Assembly (NCBI GenBank): GCA_963677925.2
Contig: CAXXYH010000003.1
Location: 1,024,001-1,088,000 of the forward strand
Direction of reading: 5' to 3'
DNA length: 64,000 bases
DNA from: Spirochaetia bacterium
Lineage (GTDB): Bacteria; Spirochaetota; Spirochaetia; UBA9216
The notes below the pieces were generated by a model. That model made no database searches, was not told where the DNA came from, and was given only the letters and a program-made list of their open reading frames with translations. Shown in pieces: positions 49,156 to 59,952 of this stretch. Position 1 is the first letter of the stretch. The number at the start of each line of letters is the position of its first letter. The position numbers were made by a program, and so were the translations under genes.

Positions 49156-50576
49156 TGAAAAAAGCTTTGACAATATTATTAATTCTGGCCGCTATGGTAT
49201 CAGCCTGTACCAGCAGCAGTAATTCAGAAAAAGCAGTAACTGCAGGCAGTTACGATGTAATAGTTATAGGCGGAGGTGCAGCAGGACTGGCCGCTTCAAT
49301 TGAGGCTGCTGAAGCAGGAGCCACTGTCGCACTTCTTGAAAAGATGCCCATGGTTGGAGGCAGCACAGTGCTGTCAGGCGGAATAGTTTATGCAACCGGC
49401 TCAAGTATGCAGAAGGCGGCAGGTGTAGAGGACAATGTCGATGCACTTGTAAACTACTGGACAGAGAGAGCTGATGGACTAAATGATCCTGACTTTCTGA
49501 GATATGTGGCTGAGAGGTCCGGGCAGACTATCGACTGGCTCATAGATATGGGTGTGGAGTTTACCGGCCCTACCCCGTCAGGTACAAGCCCTGTGCTGAG
49601 GGCACATAACTCAACTACCCACGGAGCCGGACTCATAAATCCAATGAAAGCAAAAGCTGAATCGTTAGGAGTAGAGTTTTACACAAGGACTCCGGCTCAG
49701 CAGCTTTTAACCGAAGACGGCAGAATATCCGGAGTAACAGCAACAGACAAGGAAGGCAAAAAGCTCCTTTTTAAAACAAAATCTGTTGTACTTGCAACCG
49801 GAGGATTTGACCGGAATCCGGAGCTTGTAAAAAAATACGCACCGATTGCTGAAGGTCAGCCGAGTTTCGCAGGTTCAGGAAATAAGGGCGACGGTCTTAC
49901 AATGGCTCTGGAGCTTGATGCCGATGTTATTTCAAAAGGCGGTGTTATCGGATTCAGAGCCGTAGAGGGTGAACCGGCCTATACTACCGACATCTGTATG
50001 CTGATGTGGATGCCCTACCTTTATGTGAATATCCATGGAGAAAGATTTGTAAATGAAATGATTGACTACCCCCTGTTCTATGAAGAACTGGTGAAACAGG
50101 ATGAACAGGTTTCATATCTAATTTTTGACGGTAACACATATACCGAAACCCTCGATGCTGCAGTTGCCAAGGGTTCAGCATTTAAAGCAGACAGCCTTGA
50201 AGAGCTTGCAATGCAGGCAGGAATAGAACCTGAGGGTTTCATGAACACTGTAAACAATTACAATAGAATGATTGATGAAGGAATTGATACCGAATTCGGT
50301 AAGCCTGTGACCGGTTTTCCAAAAGTCGATAAACCGGGCTATTATGCTGTTAAAATCGTTCCTGCTATCCTGGGAACAATGTCCGGCATAAAGACTGATT
50401 TGGATACACGGGTGATTGATAAATCAGGAGATGCTATCCCTGGATTGTATGCAGCCGGTGAAGTGGCTAACGGAAGTTTTTTCAATAAAGTATATCCGGC
50501 AAGCGGAACATCCATCCAGATGTCTCTTACATTCGGACGAACTGCAGGCAGAAACGCCACAAAAAACAGTATTTAA
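49155..50576 (+). CDS. Lipoprotein flavin reductase (FAD_binding_2; flavocytochrome c/UrdA/KstD superfamily)
   Basis: Lipobox VSAC; GGGAAGL, LEK, LATGG, GDG, GERF.NE, GLYAAGE. Confidence 0.88.
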   Translation: MKKALTILLILAAMVSACTSSSNSEKAVTAGSYDVIVIGGGAAGLAASIEAAEAGATVALLEKMPMVGGSTVLSGGIVYATGSSMQKAAGVEDNVDALVNYWTERADGLNDPDFLRYVAERSGQTIDWLIDMGVEFTGPTPSGTSPVLRAHNSTTHGAGLINPMKAKAESLGVEFYTRTPAQQLLTEDGRISGVTATDKEGKKLLFKTKSVVLATGGFDRNPELVKKYAPIAEGQPSFAGSGNKGDGLTMALELDADVISKGGVIGFRAVEGEPAYTTDICMLMWMPYLYVNIHGERFVNEMIDYPLFYEELVKQDEQVSYLIFDGNTYTETLDAAVAKGSAFKADSLEELAMQAGIEPEGFMNTVNNYNRMIDEGIDTEFGKPVTGFPKVDKPGYYAVKIVPAILGTMSGIKTDLDTRVIDKSGDAIPGLYAAGEVANGSFFNKVYPASGTSIQMSLTFGRTAGRNATKNSI

Positions 50577-50581
50577 TTTAT

Positions 50582-50620
50582 AAAGATGCCCGGTGGAATA
50601 ATATTTTACCGGGCATCTTT
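50582..50620 (+). terminator. Intrinsic terminator
   Basis: AAAGATGCCCGGT...ACCGGGCATCTTT. Confidence 0.8.
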
Positions 50621-50667
50621 ATTCTATTCTCATCAGCTTATTTTTAAGTTATTATATATATAAAGTT

Positions 50668-51297
50668 ATGTCAGATAAATCAGAAAAAGAAAGCACCAGA
50701 GAACGGGTTATAGAAAAAGCAATTGAAATCTTTTCTCAGAAAGGCTACGACACTGCAAACCTCACGGATATTACCGAGGCTCTGGGAGTTACCAGAAGCC
50801 CGATTTATTATCATTTCAAGGACAAATACGGACTTTATCAAGCGGCATATCTGCGCTGGGAAGACGAATTCATATCTGCGATGGAGGTAATCCTCGGCAG
50901 CGAAAAGGACATTCTCAGCATATTCAGGGATATACTTGACTGCTGCATATGGTCCTATAAACGTTTCGCCCCGAACTTCTTTGTTGGACTGGAATCATCA
51001 CCCGATCTTGCAGAATTAAAACAGCGTTACTGTGTGCTTGTTGAGGATATTTTCAGCAGGGAAAAGGCAATCACCCAGGCCGCAATTGATAAGGGGGAAT
51101 TATGCAGCAACACAGATCCGGACCTTGTTGTCGGACTTCTCTTTGCCATTTATGACGGTCTCCGAATCGGGCTTGAAAGACCTGTTTCCGGCCTTAAAAG
51201 TTCTGATATTACCACTTTAATCGAGATTCAATTGTCCGGGATTAGAAATTATTTCTGTAATCCAGGCGATAAAAACGGACCGGGCGGCAAAACTTGA
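50668..51297 (+). CDS. TetR/AcrR family regulator
   Basis: F..KGY.....I...LGVTR..IYYHFKDK. Confidence 0.93.
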   Translation: MSDKSEKESTRERVIEKAIEIFSQKGYDTANLTDITEALGVTRSPIYYHFKDKYGLYQAAYLRWEDEFISAMEVILGSEKDILSIFRDILDCCIWSYKRFAPNFFVGLESSPDLAELKQRYCVLVEDIFSREKAITQAAIDKGELCSNTDPDLVVGLLFAIYDGLRIGLERPVSGLKSSDITTLIEIQLSGIRNYFCNPGDKNGPGGKT

Positions 51298-51347
51298 CGG
51301 CCTATATGGGCCGTGGTATAAATATTTAAGGTCAAAGAGCTTATTAA

Positions 51348-52262
51348 ATGAAAGACAGCCAGTCATTGTTCAGTGAAGTTTCTCTTAACGGCTACCAGGA
51401 CACCGGTGGTGCGGGCGTGCAGGATGACTGCGTAATAATAAAATCAGGGTTCAGACCTCTGATTGAAGATTTCCGAATGACTTTTGATGTAAGAATTTCA
51501 CTTTATTCGCCGTCGGATCATCTACTTCTTCAGAGTCCTGCAGGTGCCATGAATGATTTCTGCAAGGCTGTAGGTTCCACAGTATCGAACCCTAAAAAAT
51601 GTATTGCCCAGGTAACCAGGATGAGACATGTAGCTGCGGACAGGATGGTCCCGCTGTTTTTCACCTGTCATGCAGGAATGAGATACTGTATTTATCCTAT
51701 CGTATCGGGTACCCATCTTATTGCAGTTGCCGATATAGGTAATTTCCGTTCAGGAAATTCTCCAAGCAAAGAGGTGCTTGGAAAACTTCGCAAACAGCTT
51801 GATGATACCAATGAACTTGTAAATAAATTTGATTCACTTGCTAAATTTGACATTACAGCGGAGGAACGGCTGGCGCGGATGTTCAGCCTGGTAGCAGATT
51901 ATTCTGTAAATAAGGGGCTGATTGCATTGAGACTGAATCCGATATTCGAGAAGGTTGTCGAGTATATACGGGAACGGATAACCCTTCCAAAAATCGGCCT
52001 TGAAGATGTCGCCCATTACGTGCATCGCAGCCAGTCCACTGTTTCTCATGTAATAAAAAAAGAAGCCAATATGAGCTTCTCTCAGCTTGTAATAGAAGAA
52101 AAGCTTAAAGCAGCAGAAACCATGCTTGCAACTAATCCGGTCATAACTATCGGCGAGATAGCGGATGAACTTGGATATTCGGATCAGTTCTACTTTTCCA
52201 AGCTTTTCAAAAAATACAGAGGGGTTTCACCCAGCGAATATATGCGGGCTTTCTCGCATTAA
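51348..52262 (+). CDS. PocR-sensor AraC family regulator
   Basis: FC...C...CHAGM PocR domain; C-terminal IADELGYSDQFYFSKLFKK. Confidence 0.9.
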   Translation: MKDSQSLFSEVSLNGYQDTGGAGVQDDCVIIKSGFRPLIEDFRMTFDVRISLYSPSDHLLLQSPAGAMNDFCKAVGSTVSNPKKCIAQVTRMRHVAADRMVPLFFTCHAGMRYCIYPIVSGTHLIAVADIGNFRSGNSPSKEVLGKLRKQLDDTNELVNKFDSLAKFDITAEERLARMFSLVADYSVNKGLIALRLNPIFEKVVEYIRERITLPKIGLEDVAHYVHRSQSTVSHVIKKEANMSFSQLVIEEKLKAAETMLATNPVITIGEIADELGYSDQFYFSKLFKKYRGVSPSEYMRAFSH

Positions 52263-52273
52263 TATACAGAGCA

Positions 52274-52312
52274 TAAAAAAAGCCTGCATCATAATAGCTG
52301 CAGGCTTTTTTT
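52274..52312. terminator. Bidirectional intrinsic terminator
   Basis: AAAAAAAGCCTGCA...TGCAGGCTTTTTT. Confidence 0.85.
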
Positions 52313-52378
52313 GGAAATATCGAATCAGTACGATAGGATATCGAAATGACTGTAAGTCATATGATTAGAAATCAACGA

Positions 52379-53386
52379 TTAAAAATCGTACTGGTCGATG
52401 TTTTCAGGTGTGAAGATGAGGGGTCGGCCGTAAACGATCTCTCCATCTTCACCCACTGTAAACTCGCCGAGTTCACCGGCAGAAACCTTGGTTCCCGGAG
52501 TCTTGCTGAGTGTTCCGTCAAGAGCAGCTTTTGCTACATAAACTGACATGTAACCGAGCATTGCGGGATCCCAGATAAAGAAAGCTTTCTGTGAGCCGTC
52601 TTTAAGATATGATCTGATTGATGAAGGAAGTGCTACACCGGTTGCATATACCTGACCTTCCTTACCTGCACTCTTGATAGCACGTGCTGCAGCCGGAGCT
52701 GAAACTGCTGAAGAAGAGATGATAACTTTAAGGTCAGGATAAGCCTGCATGAGGTTCATTGCAACTTCAATACTTTTTGCTTCATCATCAGCGGCAAACT
52801 GAGTAGCTACAGGAGTAAACATCTTGTATTTATCTTCTGTTGCACAAAGTTCAGTCATAATGCGGATATGAGCCATGTGGTTGGGACTTGTAGGAGATGC
52901 AGCGATAAATGCGATTTCTCCGCCTTCAGGTGCATCAAGCAGAGCACAGTCAAGCATTGCCCGGGCAGCGCCTTCGTATGACATCTGGTTACAGAAATAG
53001 TCACGGGCATCTACAGCTGTATCAGCATCATAGGAAACAACAGTAATTCCCTGAGCCATTGCATTTTTCAGCGGGGGAGCAACTGCATTAAGGTCGATTG
53101 CTGAAACGATGATTGCGTCCGGTCGCTGGGAAACAATGTTCTCAAGTGACTGAACCTGAAGCTGGACATCTGCCTGCTCTGAACCTGTGTAAACAAAATC
53201 TACACCGAGTTCCTCTGCAGCTTTCTTTGCGCCGTCGGCACAAACCTCAAAGTAAGAAAGACCTGTAAACTTAGGGTTCATAAAGATTCTGTAAGTATCT
53301 GAACCTTTTGCTTCAGTCTGACCACCGGCAAAAACTGTTCCTGCAAGAACCAGCACCAGTGCGATCGCTATGATCGTTCTTTTCAT
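52379..53386 (-). CDS. Sugar ABC substrate-binding protein (RhaS/LsrB clade)
   Basis: PK..G..YF, YDAD, WDP..LG, FT.ENIDQYDF; signal VFAGGQTE. Confidence 0.88.
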   Translation of the reverse strand: MKRTIIAIALVLVLAGTVFAGGQTEAKGSDTYRIFMNPKFTGLSYFEVCADGAKKAAEELGVDFVYTGSEQADVQLQVQSLENIVSQRPDAIIVSAIDLNAVAPPLKNAMAQGITVVSYDADTAVDARDYFCNQMSYEGAARAMLDCALLDAPEGGEIAFIAASPTSPNHMAHIRIMTELCATEDKYKMFTPVATQFAADDEAKSIEVAMNLMQAYPDLKVIISSSAVSAPAAARAIKSAGKEGQVYATGVALPSSIRSYLKDGSQKAFFIWDPAMLGYMSVYVAKAALDGTLSKTPGTKVSAGELGEFTVGEDGEIVYGRPLIFTPENIDQYDF

Positions 53387-53452
53387 AGGAAACCTCCAAA
53401 ATTTTTTTATTGAGATATGGTCTTTAAAAAGCCGCATCTCATAAATACCTTT

Positions 53453-54439
53453 TTAATCTCCGAATCTCTTAAGAGATCCGGTAAAGTTGGAAACAAGGAC
53501 TGCGGAAACAAGCAGCAGACCGATTATCAGCTGCTGGATAGGACCTGCAATATTGGCAATTCCCATTCCGTTTCTTAATGTCCACAGAAAGAGTATTGAA
53601 GTCACGACTCCGAAAACATTACCCTTTCCGCCGTTAATATCCACACCGCCTAAAACAACCGAGGTAATAACGGCAAGAATTACTCCGTTGGCATTATCGC
53701 CTCTGGCTGAACCATACTGCCCGATGAATATCCAGGCACCCATTGCTGCAGTGAGACCGCCGACCATATAGGCAGCCATCTTTGTTTTTACAACTGATAT
53801 CCCGGAGTATGAAACGGCTGACGAATTATTTCCAATCGCAAAGATTCTACGACCGTAGGTTGTGTAGTGAAAAATCACAGCAAATACAGCAACAATCACA
53901 AAAAAGACAGGGAGCATCAGCGGCACGGCAAATGGACCAAGCGTCTTGCTGCCGAGAAACATGTATGTTGCATCAAAACCTGTATATCCCACTTCCGAGC
54001 CGATTATAAAAGCAAGACCGCGGTAAGCTCCCATGGTTCCCAAAGTTACCGCAAGTGAGGGAAGTCTGAGCTTTGCAACCAGGAATCCGTTTAATGCACC
54101 GAGACAGGCTGCAACTATAAAAATCATTGGTATTGCTGCGCCAAGCGGCATCTGTGCAGCCGAGGCCTTTGACAGAAGCACCGTGCATACCGCAAGTATG
54201 GATGGAAGTGAAAGATCCATTTCACCGGTTATTATTACTCCCATGAGGCCGAGGGCCATTATTCCGGTGAATACGAAGTTACGTGATGAATAAAGCAGCT
54301 GAAATGCATTCAGGTAGTAGGGAGACATTCTGCTGAACCAGAATACGGCGACAGCAATCAGTCCCCAGAGAATCAGCTCCCATCTGTAATGTTTAGCCCA
54401 TATTTTTAGTGAAAACATCTTCTTACTTCCTTTATTCAT
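53453..54439 (-). CDS. Sugar ABC permease
   Basis: GEMDLS, VTLGT, ITSVVLGGV...GGKG. Confidence 0.9.
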   Translation of the reverse strand: MNKGSKKMFSLKIWAKHYRWELILWGLIAVAVFWFSRMSPYYLNAFQLLYSSRNFVFTGIMALGLMGVIITGEMDLSLPSILAVCTVLLSKASAAQMPLGAAIPMIFIVAACLGALNGFLVAKLRLPSLAVTLGTMGAYRGLAFIIGSEVGYTGFDATYMFLGSKTLGPFAVPLMLPVFFVIVAVFAVIFHYTTYGRRIFAIGNNSSAVSYSGISVVKTKMAAYMVGGLTAAMGAWIFIGQYGSARGDNANGVILAVITSVVLGGVDINGGKGNVFGVVTSILFLWTLRNGMGIANIAGPIQQLIIGLLLVSAVLVSNFTGSLKRFGD

Positions 54440-55460
54440 GTTTAAACATCTTCTGTATTCTTCTTTCAATTCCGGCATCAAGGGCAATCGCAACAACTAT
54501 TGCTGTACCCTGGATAAACATTCTCCAGAATTCCGGAGCACGGGCCAGAACCAGACCGTTATCTATAGAAGAAAGAATAAGAGCGCCGAAGAGGACTCCG
54601 AAAAGACTGCCGCTTCCGCCGGTGGTACTCACCCCGCCAAGAACTACTGCAGCCAGTGCCGTCATTTCCCAGTCACGCCCGAGGTTGACAGTAATGGTTC
54701 CGACCCTGGATATATAGAGGAAAGCTGCAAGACCGACCAGCGCGCCTGCGAAACTGTAGGCAAGCAGAATCACACGGTTTGCCCTGAGTCCGTAGAAGAT
54801 AGCGGCATCAGGATTTGAACCGATAGCATAGATCCTTCTGAACAGTGGGATGTTGCTCAGCAGATAACTGAGAACAATGACTATTGCTATTGCAATGAGA
54901 ACTATAAAGGGAATACCCAGTATCGTTGCGTCGGCACTTTTTATCATCCACTGGGGAAGATCGCCTGACGGGACTTCTACACCATGCCCGATGATGTATG
55001 TGATGCCGCGGAAAATGGAAAGCGTACCCAAAGTAGCAACAATCGATGGAACCCTTCCGTAGGCAACAATCAGACCGTTGATAATTCCCATAGCCAGACC
55101 AATCAGTACCGCAAAAAGAATGATGATGATACCGGAATGAGGAAAGGCCTGGGCAAGCTTTGCTGCAGCATAACCGGCGAGGCCGATTATTGACCCGACC
55201 GAAACATCAAGGTTTCTTGTCAGAACAACAAGAGCCTCTGCGCAGGCAATTATCGTCAGAAGCGCTGCATTGAATGCAATAATCTTCATGTTCTGGAGTG
55301 TAAAAAAGTTGTCTGTGGTAAAACCGAAAATGGCTATAACAATCAAAAAAGAAAGAAATACCGATACAACACGAAGACGCAGAGTGTTTCGTGATATATT
55401 TGATGCAATATTTGATCTGAGACCGGGTTTTCCGGATGTCTGTGTATCTTTGATGCCCAT
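54432..55460 (-). CDS. Sugar ABC permease
   Basis: RNLDVSVGS, ATLGT, AAVVLGGV...GGSG. Confidence 0.9.
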   Translation of the reverse strand: MGIKDTQTSGKPGLRSNIASNISRNTLRLRVVSVFLSFLIVIAIFGFTTDNFFTLQNMKIIAFNAALLTIIACAEALVVLTRNLDVSVGSIIGLAGYAAAKLAQAFPHSGIIIILFAVLIGLAMGIINGLIVAYGRVPSIVATLGTLSIFRGITYIIGHGVEVPSGDLPQWMIKSADATILGIPFIVLIAIAIVIVLSYLLSNIPLFRRIYAIGSNPDAAIFYGLRANRVILLAYSFAGALVGLAAFLYISRVGTITVNLGRDWEMTALAAVVLGGVSTTGGSGSLFGVLFGALILSSIDNGLVLARAPEFWRMFIQGTAIVVAIALDAGIERRIQKMFKHE

Positions 55461-56977
55461 TATTCATCCCCTCCGGCTGAAATATTACTGCTTCCAAGTG
55501 AAGCGGCTTCCATTATTTTTTCCTGGGTAGCCTCTTCCTTTGAAAACTCGGCAACTATCTTTCCGTTGGCTACAACAAGAACCCTGTCCGACATTCCAAG
55601 GATTTCCGGTAGATCGGATGATATAAGAAGTACCGGATATCCCGCTGAGGCGAGTTCGGAAACACGCTGGTGCACCTGAGATTTAGTGCCTACATCAATG
55701 CCGTGGGTAGGTTCATCAAGAATTAGAACCTTCGGCACAGTAGCCATCCACTTGGCAAGTACAACCTTCTGTCGGTTCCCGCCTGAAAGGCTTGAAACAG
55801 GAGCCGCCAGTCCGGCGGTTTTTATCTCAAAATCCTCTGCGTAGCGTCCGGCAAAATCCTCTTCCTTATCGCGTTTTGTAAATCCGGCCTTTGCAACCCT
55901 CTTAAATGCAGCAATGCAGATATTATCCGAAACACCCAATGAGGTAATTGCACCGTTAAGATCGCGATCTTCGGGAATATATGCAATACCAAGATCCATC
56001 ATCTGCTTCGGAGTCCTTGGAACAGCCTCGGTCCCGTGAACTGTAACACTGCCTGATGTAGGCTTGCGGATACCGAATATTGTTTCAGCAATCTCTGTTC
56101 TGCCTGCTCCGATAAGTCCGGCCATACCTACAACCTCACCGCCCTTTATGGAAAAGTTAACATCGCTGAAAACTCCGTCAAGCGAAAGATTGTTTACTTC
56201 AAACAGAGGTTCATCGGTTACAGGAGCTTCAACCCTTACAAATAGTGAGGAGAGATCGCGGCCTACCATCAGCTGAACCATATCGTGCTCACTCAAATCC
56301 TGAGCAGGACCGGTATGAATATGCTCACCGTCACGCAGAACCGTGACCGAGTCGCAGACTTCACGTATTTCCTGCAGTCTGTGTGAAATAAAAACTACCG
56401 AAACGCCCTTCTCTGTCAGAGAGCGTACGATTTTAAAGAATCTGTCCGCTTCTGTCGGAGTTAACGATGCAGTAGGCTCATCAAGGAAAAGAACCTTTAA
56501 ATCCGCATACATTGCTCTGACTATCTCCACAAACTGTATTTCCGCTACGGTCTTTCCCGCAAGCGGAGAGTGCGGATCAATATCAACACCCAGTTCCCGG
56601 AGGCTTTTTCCCGCCTCCCTGTACATCACTGCCTTATCTATCATACCTGATTTTGTTCGAGGATAGATGCCCATGAAAATATTTTCAGCCACATCGAGAT
56701 GCGGAAAAAGTTTAGGGTCCTGATATACTGCTGTAATACCCGCACGACGGGCATCGATGGGAGTTTCAAAACGGCATGGAACACCATCCAGGAGTATTTC
56801 TCCTGTGTCAGGCTGCTGCATACCTGTGATCATTTTTACAAGCGTCGATTTGCCGGCTCCATTCTCACCGATAAGGGCATGCGCCGAGCCGGGAGCAACA
56901 GAGAATGAGACATTCCTGACAGCTTTAACCGGGCCGAAACTTTTGCTCACCCCGTTCAGTGTCAATCTGCTTTCCAT
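55460..56977 (-). CDS. Sugar ABC ATPase (CUT2, double domain)
   Basis: GENGAGKS, DEPT, LSGGNRQK, SSDLPE. Confidence 0.95.
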   Translation of the reverse strand: MESRLTLNGVSKSFGPVKAVRNVSFSVAPGSAHALIGENGAGKSTLVKMITGMQQPDTGEILLDGVPCRFETPIDARRAGITAVYQDPKLFPHLDVAENIFMGIYPRTKSGMIDKAVMYREAGKSLRELGVDIDPHSPLAGKTVAEIQFVEIVRAMYADLKVLFLDEPTASLTPTEADRFFKIVRSLTEKGVSVVFISHRLQEIREVCDSVTVLRDGEHIHTGPAQDLSEHDMVQLMVGRDLSSLFVRVEAPVTDEPLFEVNNLSLDGVFSDVNFSIKGGEVVGMAGLIGAGRTEIAETIFGIRKPTSGSVTVHGTEAVPRTPKQMMDLGIAYIPEDRDLNGAITSLGVSDNICIAAFKRVAKAGFTKRDKEEDFAGRYAEDFEIKTAGLAAPVSSLSGGNRQKVVLAKWMATVPKVLILDEPTHGIDVGTKSQVHQRVSELASAGYPVLLISSDLPEILGMSDRVLVVANGKIVAEFSKEEATQEKIMEAASLGSSNISAGGDE

Positions 56978-57122
56978 AAACCATCCTGTGTCTTTCTTAC
57001 TGTTAATTACATAAATATTTTCACACGGGATCCGGCAGAAGTACATGTAGTCAATCTGCAATTTTTATGGACTATTCTGCAGTTTATGGACAAATTTGCA
57101 CTTTTTTGATGTTGGAGAGCTT

Positions 57123-57155
57123 AAAAAAAGCCTGCTGAATATTTTTCAGCAGGCT
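57123..57155 (-). terminator. Intrinsic terminator after MCP
   Basis: AAAAAAAGCCTGCTGAA-N6-TTCAGCAGGCT. Confidence 0.8.
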
Positions 57156-57174
57156 GTGTTATTTGTTCGGATTT

Positions 57175-59034
57175 TTATTCATTCTTCACTTTAAAAAATG
57201 ATATAACATCCTTCATAGTTTCAGCCTGGGAACTAAGCTCTTCCGCCATTGATGCCATCTTCTCTGAAATTGAAGCATTACCCTGAATTACCTTGTTCAG
57301 CTCAAGAATTCCCCGGTTTACCTGCTCTGCCCCTGTATTCTGTTCTGAGCCGGCATGAAAGATTTCCTGAACGAGGTCCGAAGTTTTTGTAATATCCGGA
57401 ACAAGCTTCTCTATCAGCTCTCCGGCTTTTCTGGCCCTGCCTACACTCGACATAGAAATTTCAGAGATTTCTGTTGAGGCCTCCTGGCTTCTGCCTGCAA
57501 GCTTTCTTACTTCATCAGCAACCACTGCAAAGCCCTTTCCTGATTCTCCGGCTCTTGCCGCTTCAATTGCAGCATTAAGAGCAAGCAGATTTGTATTCCG
57601 GGCAATCTCCTCGATAATCGTAATCTTCTCAGTTATCGTGTTCATTGCATCAACCATTTCTGAAACCGCAGAACCGCCTTCCGATGCATCAGCTGCGGCT
57701 TTGGAAGCGATCTTATTTGAGTGGCTTGCATTTTCAGTATTCTGTTCAATATTTGCAACAAGCTGCTCCATACTGGCTGAAATTTCCTCAGTGCTTGCCG
57801 CCTGTTCACTGGATCCGGCAGACAGAGCCTGCGCGGTATCACTGATTTCGGAACTTCCGCTTGTAACTTCATTCGCGGCAATTGTTATCTGCAGAATTGT
57901 CTGATTTATATTTGCCGTCATTTTAAAAAGAGATTCAGCAAGCAGCCCGATTTCATCTTTTCTTTTTATCAGTTTTGAGTCAATTTCGACATCAAGATAT
58001 CCTTCTGAAATTCTGGCGATTTCACTTGAAATGATGGAGACGGGACTGGAGATACTTCTGCCCAAAAAGACACTGACGATAAGGAATATCACAAGTGATG
58101 CTATAAAAACTATAATAAATCTGCGTACAAGCGCCCTTATTCCTGAATTAAGTTCTGTCATTGACGGAACCGCCAGAAGGATCCACCCTGTTGAAAGTTT
58201 TGAAAAACCAATAACCTGATCGCCTGAGTATATAACACCATCCCGCATTCCATCATCCAAAAGGATCTGTTTATTTATTTCAAAATCTTCGGAATAAATA
58301 TCAGAAAAATCCTTTCCTTCTAATTCATTTTCAGGATGACCGATAAAAAGGAGATCTGTATTAAGAAGAGCAAAATATCCTTCATTCTGAAAACTCTGCG
58401 AGAGAAGCTGGTCTTTAAGTTGACCAATATAACTGTCGGTTCCGACAACACCTACAGTACGTCCTTCAATTTCAACTGCACGGCAGATCGAAACTATAAA
58501 AGAATTGAATTCTTCCCAGTAATAGGGATCGGTTATATAAGTGCCTAACTCTTCTGTCTTATAAAACCATTTCCAGTCATCATTTATGATATCCTGCCGC
58601 GTATAAGTGGAATCAGTATTAAAAGTCAGATTTCCATCATTCTTTAAATCTCTGATTGAAAGGATTTGTTTCGAGCCTGTATATTCAGGAGCCAGCCAGG
58701 TATACAGCGTCGTAAGCTTATTACCAGTCAGGATAGGGCTGCCGATTCCTTTCATTTTATCAACAAAATCGGCAAAAAGCTCATCATCTCCAATATTTTC
58801 GAAATTCAGGTTTGCCTCAATTATCGCCTTATAACTGTCTACAATAGCAAGCTGCTGCGAAAAAAAGCTCTCAAACTCCGTCGCCCATAAATCGGTAGAG
58901 GTTATCAGCATTTCCCTTGTGCTTGAGTTAAGTGAACTAGTTGAGCTGCTGATGGTTATGATCACAAACACTGAAATTATAATAATAAACGGTATTGTTA
59001 TTGAAAAAATAATACGGTAAACCATTCGTTTCAT
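57175..59034 (-). CDS. Methyl-accepting chemotaxis protein (dCache_1-type sensor, canonical tip)
   Basis: WFY...TDPY, VGVVGTD; HAMP; [21 protein letters not shown]. Confidence 0.93.
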   Translation of the reverse strand: MKRMVYRIIFSITIPFIIIISVFVIITISSSTSSLNSSTREMLITSTDLWATEFESFFSQQLAIVDSYKAIIEANLNFENIGDDELFADFVDKMKGIGSPILTGNKLTTLYTWLAPEYTGSKQILSIRDLKNDGNLTFNTDSTYTRQDIINDDWKWFYKTEELGTYITDPYYWEEFNSFIVSICRAVEIEGRTVGVVGTDSYIGQLKDQLLSQSFQNEGYFALLNTDLLFIGHPENELEGKDFSDIYSEDFEINKQILLDDGMRDGVIYSGDQVIGFSKLSTGWILLAVPSMTELNSGIRALVRRFIIVFIASLVIFLIVSVFLGRSISSPVSIISSEIARISEGYLDVEIDSKLIKRKDEIGLLAESLFKMTANINQTILQITIAANEVTSGSSEISDTAQALSAGSSEQAASTEEISASMEQLVANIEQNTENASHSNKIASKAAADASEGGSAVSEMVDAMNTITEKITIIEEIARNTNLLALNAAIEAARAGESGKGFAVVADEVRKLAGRSQEASTEISEISMSSVGRARKAGELIEKLVPDITKTSDLVQEIFHAGSEQNTGAEQVNRGILELNKVIQGNASISEKMASMAEELSSQAETMKDVISFFKVKNE

Positions 59035-59092
59035 GACTTGCCCTCCATATAAAAATATTCGTATATGAAGAAGGCAAAATCAATCTAACAAT

Positions 59093-59131
59093 AAAAAAAG
59101 CCTGCTGAAAATATTTCAGCAGGCTTTTTTT
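59093..59131 (-). terminator. Intrinsic terminator after deoC
   Basis: AAAAAAAGCCTGCTGAAA-ATA-TTTCAGCAGGCTTTTTTT. Confidence 0.85.
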
Positions 59132-59151
59132 ATTTATTCAGTTTTGGAGAT

Positions 59152-59949
59152 TTAATATCCTGATTCTATGGTCTGTCCCTGCACTATTTTCACCCCGCCG
59201 CTTGTTCCAAGCCTGGTTGCTCCGGCGTTGATCATAGCAACTGCATCATCAAAGGTCCGGACTCCGCCGGCAGCCTTTACTCCCATATCAGGACCGACAG
59301 TCCTTCTCATAAGAGCGACATGCTCGGGAGTTGCACCGTGAGTTGAAAATCCGGTTGAAGTCTTTACAAAGTCAGCCCCGGCTTTTTTAGTAATTTCTGA
59401 AGCAAGAACAATTTCCTCGGTTGTAAGCAGGGCTGTTTCAATAATAACCTTCAGCAGGGCACGCTGTCCGCAGGCGCGTCTTACCCATTTGATATCCTCT
59501 TCAACAAGTTTCAGATCACGGTCTTTCATGGCTCCGATATTCATAACCATATCAATCTCGGTGGCTCCGTCTTCAATGGCATGCCTTGTCTCAAAGTTTT
59601 TAGCTCTTGAGCTCATGGCGCCAAGCGGAAAACCGACAACACAGCAGACTTTAACATCAGTACCCTGAAGATTTTTCGCACAGCGGGCTACCCAGGTAGT
59701 ATTAACACATACCGAGCAGAAGTTGTACTGTTTTGCCTCAGCACAGAGTTTATCAATCTGTTCAGCAGTTGCATCAGCTTTAAGCAGGGTGTGATCAATA
59801 TATTTAGCGATGTCAGAAGGAATTAATACCTTGCTGCTCTCCGACGGGGCTGCTGCCGCAGACTGCGGAGCCAAAGCGGTTGCGCCTTCGTTTTTAAGTT
59901 TCTCTACTATCTCTCTGGTTATTTTATCGATTAGTTCTTTGTCGTCCAT
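59152..59949 (-). CDS. deoC: Deoxyribose-phosphate aldolase with N-terminal encapsulation peptide
   Basis: IDHTLLK, VGFPLG, EIDMV, KVIIE, FVKTSTG, VKAAGG, RLGTS; N-terminal amphipathic helix plus Ala/Pro/Ser linker. Confidence 0.95.
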   Translation of the reverse strand: MDDKELIDKITREIVEKLKNEGATALAPQSAAAAPSESSKVLIPSDIAKYIDHTLLKADATAEQIDKLCAEAKQYNFCSVCVNTTWVARCAKNLQGTDVKVCCVVGFPLGAMSSRAKNFETRHAIEDGATEIDMVMNIGAMKDRDLKLVEEDIKWVRRACGQRALLKVIIETALLTTEEIVLASEITKKAGADFVKTSTGFSTHGATPEHVALMRRTVGPDMGVKAAGGVRTFDDAVAMINAGATRLGTSGGVKIVQGQTIESGY

Positions 59950-59952
59950 GAG

